Shown here piece by piece: positions 23,082 through 33,127 of a stretch of 64,000 nucleotides of DNA (its first letter is position 1; each line of letters opens with the position of its first letter). Source of the DNA: Pseudogymnoascus verrucosus. Its lineage: Eukaryota. Location: assembly GCA_001662655.1 (NCBI GenBank), contig KV460208.1, one strand, 5' to 3'. A program made the position numbers and the translations under genes. Under the pieces are notes generated by a model. The model was not told where the DNA came from and did not search any database. It saw nothing but the letters and a program-made list of their open reading frames with translations.

Positions 23082-23344
23082 GATAAGAGCTCTCTGTACA
23101 AGTGCCGACACGGACCATTGGTTTCTCCATTTCGAAACCCCGCCTCTATATCCTTGATAAGAGCTCCGTACAAACTATCGGCTTAAGTCGGGTTTCTAGA
23201 GAACCACTTGCGCTAACATATACCCCTCATATCAAAAACCCTCTTAGCCTAGCTGTAACGTAGTCTTATCGGCATTGAGCTTGCTCTTATATCTACGAAA
23301 CGTAATCAAAAAGTATGCTGCCTTGTCCTCAGAGAGCTCTTATC
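23082..23344. promoter_or_regulatory. Cluster of GATA (HGATAR) sites upstream of the amino-acid oxidase
   Basis: GATAAG at 23082 and 23156; CTTATC at 23265 and 23339. Three of the four sit in an extended GATAAGAGCTC motif. Confidence 0.5.
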
Positions 23345-23642
23345 GAAATGGAAAGCCCTTGGGCGAGTAATATGAGAATACGAGAGAGGTATTCGAACTG
23401 ACAGGGACCAAGATATGGCATAATATCTTTCACCGACTTGTTCGGTGTTTCTAGAGATCAATAGCTTCAAGCTAGGAAAGTTGTGCGTTGGGGGTCTATC
23501 TAGATTATGATCAACTAACTAGGCAAAACCAAGATTATGAATCAGAATTCTCACTTTGTTCAAAACTATAAGAGCCGTTCAATCTCTTATGTTTTTTCTA
23601 TCTCTTTAACCCGAAATTCATCCTTCGTCATAAGCTCTCACA

Positions 23643-25818
23643 ATGAGTTCTTCTGTCTTCCTTGGCTTAACAGCTGCTGCTGCTCTGTTCTTACCAGCTA
23701 CCAGTTCCGCAATTGTTGCCCGTCATGAGTCTGTTACCTTTCGAGGACCTGTCACTATTGAAGCCAATGGCATGAGCAACATACACCTTACTTACAATGT
23801 TCCGATTGATGGAGTACTGTCCCTTCATTACGGCGCATGTAATACTCCTATTACTGTTCATAAGGATTCCCACCATCATTTGATCGGCCGCACGGAAGTT
23901 GGATCACATCCTTTGGCCAGACGCAACGCTCAGTGGAGGGATAGCAGGCCAGAAAAATTCGTCTGGCTTGTCCCAGAGAAATTACCTGACTCAGGATGTC
24001 TCCATGCTTATGCTGGCTCGGATCTGATTGGAAGATCAGAGCCGATCACAGTCCAGAAGAAAAGCTCTAGGCGCTCTGTCGTGCTTGGGGACATCGCTGA
24101 TGCCGAAGGCCCTTGGTTCGATGGCGTGCAGTATCTCAAGTCGAAGGAGCCGGGCAAGGTTTTTGTAGCACAGGCTAAGTCGAAGTCCATTGGTATCTTG
24201 GGAGGTGGCATGTCTGGATTGATGAGTGCTGTAAAGTTTCCCATCCATATCTACCTGAGAATAAAGCTGACTATTCTAGTATCTGCTAAACTCTGCGGGC
24301 TTTCATAATTGGAAAATCATTGAGGCCTCTTCACGAGTTGGTGGGAGGGTTCACACTGCCTATCTCAATGGTACGAGATCGGATCAGTATCAATATCAGG
24401 AAATGGGACCTATGAGATTTCCCGTTGAAACCTTCTACCCCGATACTAATGAGACTATTCAAATTAATGACCATAAAATGGTCTTTCAGCTTGCCGATGC
24501 TTTAAATAAGATGAATAAGAAGCGACCAGATTACAAAGTTAATTTCATTAAGTACGTCGGGTCAATAATTATTACTATACACTGAACTAAATTTCCTAGG
24601 TGGATCCAAAGCAATCCCAATACTCCCGCAACCACGCCAAGGCGACTCCCAGATGGCCGTGTACCTACATCAGCTGATATTAAAGCCAACCCTTCGTTAG
24701 CGGCAACACCGAATTATACGAATGCCACTGCCGTGAAAGAAGCTGCGGCGGCATATGATGCCTGGATGGGTGTTGACGAATCTGCTTTAAAGGCCCTGGC
24801 TAAGAACGTTTTTGAAGCGCACAAAGCGGCGGTAGAGCACGGGATCCTCGATTTCTCCGAGGCTGGCTATCTCCGCTATAAACTAGGGATCGATCCCAAC
24901 ATAGCAGATCAAGTTTCCTCACTCGGAGACAATTATGACTCCTGGTATTACGATACTGGCTACTTCGGCGCTACCAACTGGCGCACTATCGACCAAGGTC
25001 TTAGCCGTCTCCCACGTGCTTTCGAACCTCTTGTTATGGAGAAAACTATGTTCCAAACCGCCGTCCAGGAACTGTCTTACAACAGCGCCACAGACAAAAT
25101 ATCCGTCAAATACCGTCCTGGAAGCCCCTTTAGAACTACTCCAGAGTCCATAGACTTTGACTACGTTATCACAGCTGTTCCTTTCTCAAAGGTCCGACTG
25201 TGGCGTCTCCCCCAATACTCTTCACTTCTTAGCCGCGCAATCAATACTCTTAACTATGAGCAATCGTGCAAGATTGCTCTTCACTATAAGACACGCTTCT
25301 GGGAACACCTCGATAAGCCTATCCTGGGTGGTTGTGGAAGCACTGACATCCCTGGTGTTGGCAGTATCTGCTACCCCTCGTACAAACTCAACTCTACCGG
25401 GCCTGGCGTTATGCTTGCCTCCTATGTCAGCGGCACACTTGCGCGCACAACGGGTTCAATGAAAGAAAAGGACCACGTAGCGCTAATTCAACGCGCTATG
25501 ATCGAGGTTCATGGCGATATTGCGCGCGAACAATGGACTGGGAAATATGACAGACATTGCTGGGAGAATGACGAGTTTCAGTCTGGCGCCTGGTGCTCAC
25601 CAGAGGCCGGGCAGCAGGCCCTATATTTGCCGGCCTACTTCAGGACTGAGATGAAGACCGTCTTTGTCGGTGAACATACTAGTTACACGCATGCTTGGAT
25701 TTGGAGTGCCCTCGAGTCGGCAGTTAGAGGCACCACGCAATTGTTGCTTGATATGGGATTAGTGGATGAGGCTAAGGACATCACTAAGGAGTGGATGGCG
25801 AGATGGATGAAGATGTAA
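23643..25818 (+). CDS. Secreted flavin-dependent L-amino-acid oxidase/amine oxidase, 3 exons
   Basis: Signal peptide; GGGMSGL FAD motif, EASSRVGGRVHT, EMGPMRFP, FVGEHTSYTHAWIWSALESAVR. Introns 24231-24279 and ~24552-24599. Confidence 0.92.
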
Positions 25819-27195
25819 ATACAGTACTTAGTACTACATATATTTTAAGTGACGTTCGCAATGGCATAATAGGCACCATTTAACCCACCTTGCCCAGTAA
25901 CTACTTGTGACGCTACGTTATCACCAGTACGATACACGCATGGCCTTGCAAGGGGTGATTATCGGAAGCGTTTGGGAATCGAAAGACATCTAAGAGAATA
26001 TTACAATGAATATCATTTCAGCTGACACGGCCCGTGACGCGCGGAATCACGTTCATCCCCACTCTTGGATATCATCCTCTACAGCTAAACTCCATTCCCC
26101 GCGTATCCTTAGCGGCAGATTTAAACGACGAAGGCTGGAAGTCTAGCTGTACCAGTCGCACTCCTTTATCCATGTGGGTTTGTACCTGCGTCCTAGCTCG
26201 GTCGGCGATGGCGTTGTCCCCGCACACTTGTCGATCAGCAAAATGAGAATCCGGGGGGGTGGAACTTACGTGAGACTATGATATCTCCCCGTCGGCCGCC
26301 TATCTCCTTCTGGGGCAAGCCTTCTGTATCCGGCAGAGTAGAAGTCACCTTAATCTTCTAGTGGGTACCAAGCTCCTCGTCTTGCTTTCCAGACTCTGAA
26401 ATATAAAGAGAAACCTTAAGGATCAATAAGACCGTTAGCTAATTGGCTAATGAAGTCAACAGTGGTTCTTACTATGCCCGTGTCCTATGTTAAGATTTTA
26501 TCCATCCACGGCTTTACTATCCACCGTCTCACCGCATCTTCCTAGCCTGTCGTCCGAATCAGTACATTGAGTTTTATCAGGTGAAAGAGAGGCAATTACC
26601 TTTATTCTGTATCTGCTAGATGAGGAGTATCCGACGCGTTCTCACCTCGCAGCTGTTATACCCGCTGACGAGATCTGTAAGATATGACATGTGCCTAGCT
26701 ATACCTACTTCGATTGCGATCATGATCACCATCCCATATGCCCCAAAGTTGTGCGGTATTCCAAAAAGGCCATCGATGAAAGCACGAAATGTTTTGTTCG
26801 CGTTACTCCTAAGCTCCCCAGAGACAGCAGACAGATCCATGACTAAGACGATCCGCAAATCCAACGCCGAGCTATCTACAGGTCGACTGCACGCGCATGT
26901 CGAGTAATGCGTCGCATGGCTCGCGGAAAGACCAAAATGAGGGTGTGATATACCACCTTCACTTAGAGTGGGAGGGAAAGAAGGAGATTTTTTAGATGGC
27001 CTGCGCCTCATTTCGTGATGTAAGTATAGTTGGTTGGAAAATAATTTACAGAAGAGCATCCGATACGTCCCAGTCTGTTTGGGTGCGGTGCAGGGGTGGC
27101 ATTCATGGCTTAGCGCCTTTGGTCCACTAGCGTGATGGATTGAAATATCCCACCTTTCTGTGGACGTGCGTGCTTGATCATCTACAACACTAGAG

Positions 27196-27882
27196 ATGGC
27201 GCTTCCAGTAACACAAAAGAACTCCATAACTGTGCAGACCACGCTGCCAGTCCAACCATACCCTTTGATATCAGATCGCAATCCCATCAAGACGCAGCGG
27301 CTGATCATTCGGCCGTTCCAGGCAAGCGACATTGACGCCCTCTACGAGCTCCGCCTGCAGCCTGAGGTGATGAAATACACCAAGAAGGGTGTGCCAGACA
27401 TAAACCGCACAGAGTCGCAGGAAATTCTGGACAAGATGATGGGTTCCCCAGGTAATGACATGTATAACTTTGCTATCTGCGACGGCAAGACAAACGTCTT
27501 GATCGGGACGGGGGGCTGTCATTTGCCAGTGGGCGAGGTCGGGTGGCCTGAGATCGGGTACATGTTCCGCAAGGAGGCCCATGGCAAAGGTTACGCAACT
27601 GAGTTCGTCAATGCCTTCCTCGATGCGTACTGGGTGCTTCCGAGGGTGCGGACGGAGGTCGTGGTAGATGCGGAGACGGTTGAGCTGAGCGAAGGGGTCA
27701 CCGCCGCCAAAGAGTGCCTTGGGGCCATCACGACGGCGGACAATAAGCCAAGCCATAGCGTGCTACGGAAGACAGGTTTCGAGCGCGTCAAAGTATTCGA
27801 AGTGCTAGGGAACCATCCACAGGAAGAAGGCGACATGACATTGTGGGCGTGGACAGTGAAGTGGCCATCAAAAGCAACTTAA
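27196..27882 (+). CDS. GNAT acetyltransferase (RimJ/RimL, Acetyltransf_3-like)
   Basis: IKTQRLIIRPF, PEIGYMF...HGKGYATE, N..SHSVLRKTGF. Confidence 0.9.
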   Translation: MALPVTQKNSITVQTTLPVQPYPLISDRNPIKTQRLIIRPFQASDIDALYELRLQPEVMKYTKKGVPDINRTESQEILDKMMGSPGNDMYNFAICDGKTNVLIGTGGCHLPVGEVGWPEIGYMFRKEAHGKGYATEFVNAFLDAYWVLPRVRTEVVVDAETVELSEGVTAAKECLGAITTADNKPSHSVLRKTGFERVKVFEVLGNHPQEEGDMTLWAWTVKWPSKAT

Positions 27883-28227
27883 GGTAGACTATAGGCCTTG
27901 CAAGATGTTCTACTTAATATCTCGAATCAAACAGCAAGCATAAGCATAGAGACGTCAAACCAACCCGAAAAATCGTCACTTCCGATTGTCCTAGATCTCC
28001 CAGCTGTGACCTGGCAACACCTGACCACTGGTCTGGGCGTCTGAGGATGAGGTTGTGTCCCGGATCAGGAGGTATGCCCCCATGCATCATTTCTATTGCA
28101 ATGACCCCTAAAGGACGAGCGTGAGGAGTAGACGTTGACGGCTGATAATCATCTAAGAATGCTGCATGATAGATCAGCTCCTAAACCGCCCCGTTATGAT
28201 AAGTATACCTAGTATTATCAAGTGAAA

Positions 28228-29514
28228 TCAAATATCAAAAATATCCACCTCATCACCTAAATCCGCTCCTTTGGAGCTCTCCCTAACATGTTCTATGGAA
28301 TCGTCATTGTTCTTATCGGGCATTAAAAGGGTCCCATTCCCCATTTTAAGCCTAGATTCCCAATGGTTGTGCAAACTAAAGGCTTCTCTAACCAATGTCT
28401 CTAAGATGGAACCTGTAAGTACCTTATTCTCAATATCCTCTCTGAACATTGCGGAAACCGCTTCATTTTCTTTTCTATCCAGCTCCTTGCGCTGCTCGCG
28501 GATCATTTGAAGTTGGCAATCCATCCTATTTTCCAGAAAGTTCTTATTAAGTTTCATATCCTTGATGCGACGGTCCAGACCCGCTTCCACGAGTTCCAGA
28601 ATTGCAGCTCGAGTATTATCACCCAGCGTCATTGCAAGTCGGATTGCAGACTGTACCATTTTCTGAATACCTTGTGCACTTGTCGGTAGGCGATGAACAG
28701 CAGAATGGCGAAGTGAGTCTATGGAAGAGAAGACTGTACTGAGGGGCATTCCAGAGTCGTTAAAAACTGCGTCGGCTGGAAGCTCATCACTGAGCTTGAC
28801 TAAAGTCTTTGTCCACATTGTCAGCTCCGCCGCCTCGGCACAGTCCCATCCTTTGCTTTCGACCATCGTAGGAGCCCATTTAACTGCAAAGTCGAGGCAA
28901 CACTCTTCCAACAGACGTTGAGTCGTTATCAGAATGAGATGCTGTACGTTATACGGAATGGATGCAGGACGCAGGGAAGGGACTTTTGATTCCACTTGTA
29001 TAGGAAACTCGGGCACCATTGAATTAAGTAGCAATAGCGTCTGCGTAGGCACTACAGGCAATCAGTACGGCTAGGTAGGTTCAATAGTGGTAGCATACAC
29101 TCTTTCCACATCCGCATCTTCGTCAAACTCATTTATTCTACCTCCTAACACCAGTTCTTCCAGAGCCTCTGCTTCAGAACGTGCCACCTCATTTACGGAT
29201 GCGGCCCGTTGAACACTTCGGGATAGCGTAGTTTGAAAGAGATCTGGAAACGTAATCTTTGCTTGGATATCTGATTCGAAAACACGAACTTCTAGGAGTG
29301 TCTTGAGTATATCCACGGTCTTGTCGGATCCAAAATCCTTGATAAGAGCTCCAAACGAACCTGAATGTTTTTGTACTAGCTTCCGGATCTTCTTGGCCTG
29401 CCGAAGGTTGGCATTATCGCCTGAAAACAAACTGCGATACGCAAGAAAGACACGACGCTTTTCAGCAGGGAGTGCGACATTATCACGGCTTTGATTACGG
29501 CTGAGAGCATGCAC
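28228..29514 (-). CDS. Uncharacterised fungal protein with R-x4-H motif and C-terminal coiled coil, probably 2 exons
   Basis: Two ORFs (29514-29071, 29061-28228) can be joined by a short intron with an ACTGAT branch point (~29100-29041). Blocks QHLIL...LEECC..F, WDCAEAAELT.W and LRHSAVHR look conserved. From recall, this family is often mislabelled 'cytochrome c1'; there is no CxxCH. Confidence 0.65.
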
Positions 29515-30449
29515 TGGCAGGATATCCCGTATTTACTAGGAGTATTACTTATATACCTCGAGTAATATACAAAATAGCCTCTGCAGATTCGAAGAACCGG
29601 TTTCATCCAAGTATTGATTTCGTATTACAATCGTGTGAAACATTTAAAAGGGAGCTGGGAGTGGGTGTAAAGAGGATATGCATGTTTGATTAATGGCGAT
29701 TCGCGAACATATCGAGGTGAGACATAGCTCATTAGCAGTTGATAGTTTGAATTCCGAGGTATGATTATTTGCAGGAACTAGAAAGGTCATCGTTACTGGG
29801 AAGATTTGCTAGGTCTCCCTATCACATACAGGTCTCATTTCGCTCAGAGTCTCCCCATAGAACACTAGAACAGCAATAGCCATTATAAGAATGATGTTTC
29901 GGGAAATGTAATACAAGACCAATAGTCTGATGTGCTGCACTTGGTGTGCGAGCACTTGTGTAAAGCATGCTGGTGGGATTAGGATGGACGGATTGCGAAG
30001 GGACGTGCGTGGTGTGTGGCTGCAGTGTGGGATGTTGCGATGAGCTATACATAAGTTATGGAATAATACTAACTTTTATCTAGCATCTCCGGGTCTCCAC
30101 AGAAGGAAGCCTAGGTCTCGATGAAAGATTCCTCTGCCAACAGACTGTTGGTGGTACCAGCGGTGGAATTGGCGGACGTAGAGACTCAATGGCCCTCCCC
30201 TGTACTAGGTTATGGGGCGGTCCAGGTAGCTCTATTTGGTTTGTTTGAGCCATATGGCCGACACTTAGAACGTCGATAGAATCAACGAGATTATGAGAAG
30301 AATCACAGTAGGCAAGGTACTGTATAGAATGTCGGCATATTAAGGCTGCAAGTGGCTAGGCACGGCGGTGCTTATGAAATAGTGGAACTGTCAACTGCTA
30401 GTTATAGTTAGAGGCCGCCTTCCTCCCCGTCCCCCTGGCGGTAATCGTC

Positions 30450-30499
30450 CATGGCGGGATGGCACGGCGGGAGATTTCCCGCCGTGCCATCCCGCCATG
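30450..30499. repeat. Perfect GC-rich hairpin, 23-bp stem with 4-nt loop
   Basis: CATGGCGGGATGGCACGGCGGGA-GATT-TCCCGCCGTGCCATCCCGCCATG. Confidence 0.97.
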
Positions 30500-30750
30500 T
30501 AACTGTCGAATTCTCGCCAAAACAAAACGACAAGAGGGAAACGATAACGAGAAAACGAGAGTGATAAAAAGACAGCGACAGGGAGGAGTACGACGGAGAC
30601 GACGGCGACGAGAGGGCTCTGACAACGAGAATAACGTCCTTCACCCCCTCTAGTAAAAGTCGACCATAAATCATTGCCACACCTAGAAAGCGTGACGGTG
30701 AGAGGACGGCGGTGAGAAGATAATAATGAGAAGGTTGACAACGACGAGAA

Positions 30751-30809
30751 GGACAACGACAACAGTGGACAACGACAACAGTGGACAACGACAACAGTGG
30801 ACAACGACA
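30751..30809. repeat. 16-bp minisatellite (GGACAACGACAACAGT, about 3.6 copies) within a GAC/AAC-rich low-complexity tract
   Basis: Read directly from the sequence. Confidence 0.9.
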
Positions 30810-31878
30810 GCAAGAAATGGCGGAAACAGTCACTTGGAACCTTATATTCGTATTTTCTTTAGTAGTGGATTCAACAGAAGCGTATTCTAAATCCGAGACA
30901 ACTTTTTATCGGCTTTTGTTACTGTGTTTGAGTTTTCCAAAGTCTTCTCGTAGTGCAAAGAATTTTGGTATCAACCCCCACAGAAGCAGTAGATTGCTTT
31001 GCTTGAAGGTTCCCCTGGTATGACCTCCTTGAGCTCAGAGCTTTTAGATCCAGTGACAATGGTTGGAGAGTCGGCTGCAACCCCTGTTGTCACAAATAGC
31101 ATGGTTACAACCATTGTGGTACGGGGATGATAGTGTTCGTGGGGTTAAAGGCGGGATTAGAACGAGCGAAACGACAGAATAAGGAATGGGATAAACTCGA
31201 GAATATAACGAGCAACGTTCACTTAAGGAAAGTGGAATACGAGGATCTGTGAAAGAGGATGGTCGCGAGAGGACGAAGATGGGAGGACGGCGATGAGGCT
31301 GACAGTGAGATGATGACAGCAGCAGATGATACCAACAGCGAGAAGGACGCCGACGACAAGAGTACACCGACAACAAGAATGTCATATCTCCATCCACCCT
31401 CCTTGTCCCTCTCCACTTCGTGGGTAAGTATCAACAAACCCCGTCCTCGCGTACTGCCAGCGCAGATACTCTGAAATCCGGGCAGAAATACGAGTGTATA
31501 TGGATTGCACGGTGGTTATAGTGGAAGAGAGAGGGGATAGACGATAGTGAGAGGATGGTAGTAAGAGGGCAACGATAGTGTGATGGCAATGGTAGTAAGA
31601 AGGTTATAGCAAGAAAACAACGACAACAATAACACGCAACCTGCCCTTTAATTTCCACCAAACCACCGGTATATCATCATACTAATCTAGATAAAGAGTC
31701 CCTCTTCTCGTTGCCATGCTCTGTAATTCTGGAACCGATATGAAGATACTTAATGAATAAAGCCCGTTTGATTCGAAAGCTATATTTCAAGGACCCACTC
31801 CTAAACGCAAATATCATCCATTAACTCAGACTTCTGCCACCCTGCACTACATCCCATTCCCCTCAGCAACGCATCCCC

Positions 31879-32522
31879 TTACTCTCCCTTCTCCTTCCCG
31901 TTCCCCTCCGGCACAACCCCCACAATCCTCATCTCATCCTCCACCGCTCCCTCAATCCCCACACTCACCGCGGCCATTATAGCCGGTTCCGTCCTCGACG
32001 TATTCCGCCACCAATGCGTTGTAGCCCTCTGCACCGCACTATCCCCCTTCTTCAGGATTCTCGTCTCCCCGCTCGCCATCCCAAGCTCCATGGTGCCATC
32101 GATGATGAAGATATAGTCCAGCGTGCTGGTGGTATGCATGGCGCCCTTCATTTGCTCTGGGTTGGGCGAGAACTGCTCGTTGTTAGTTCATCTTTCCGCG
32201 ATGTCTGTGGACACGAAAAAAGGGAATGGGAAGGGAGAAGGAATAAACGTACATGTATCAAACAGCCCCCCGTCCCCCCGGCAGTGGGGAAATGCACCTT
32301 TGGCTTCGCCGCAATGCCTTCATAATTTTTCAGATCTTCATCATCTTTGATGGGGGGGCCGCCGGCGGGGCTAGAGGTGGTGGAGTAAACGTAGTGGACG
32401 CGGAAGGAGGGGAGGGGATCGATGAAGGGGGGTGGGGTGGAGGAGGAGTGGAATGTGGATTCCCCCGTTGTGGGGTCGGTAGTGGTGATGTGGTTTGTGG
32501 GGGCGGGGTAGAGGTTTGCCAT
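31879..32522 (-). CDS. Cupin-domain protein (Cupin_2), 2 exons
   Basis: MHTTSTLDYIFIIDG...GDSAVQRATTHWWRN; intron from GTACGT (~32251) to CTAAC...CAG (~32172). Confidence 0.85.
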
Positions 32523-33127
32523 TTTCTATGAGTTTGGATGGGTGAAAGAGTGGTGATGGTGAGGTTGTGAGGCTATAAGCTTTTGATAATGTTGGGGCAG
32601 GAGGGAGATGGCAGGGTAATATACTGTTCAGCTTGGGAATTATTCTGGGGATTGGTTTGAAAAATGTGGGTGCCTTCCTCATCCATGTAGGATCGAGCGT
32701 AGCACCCTGCAAATGTATCAAACGGTTATGTGTAGTAGCTGGATGCAGGGTAGACGATCCCATCTAGTCTGGCCCGGGGAGTGGTGTTTCGTTTTACTCG
32801 CTCGTAGTCATCGGGATGGGATCGTGGATAAATGAAGTACCACACGATATATCCCGCAGCCTACCTCAGCTCGGCTCAGCTTATCTCCGCGGATGACAGA
32901 CGTCGTGCCATCCATTGTCTGCACAGGGTTGATCTAGATGTTGGTTCACGGAACAGTCACGGCGAAGGTAGATATATGGGTTTGTGATTTTTTTATATAT
33001 TGTTGCACCATTGAGGCGGATGGTCATTGATATCTCTAGAGTTCTCATATTTAGAGAATTTACATAACGTAATGTGGTTATTACACATACAGCCCGATTC
33101 CATCCGGGATTCAAAATATCACCCCTC

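Noticed and set aside
26000..27332. 238-aa minus-strand ORF and intron-like signals near 26240-26270
   Set aside because: Partly antisense to the GNAT, no recognisable domain, and neighbouring exon-like pieces contain stops.
28228..29514. Cytochrome c1 annotation
   Set aside because: No CxxCH haem motif and no C-terminal membrane anchor.
30391..31661. Several 60-140 aa ORFs
   Set aside because: Products of low-complexity sequence depleted in stop codons.
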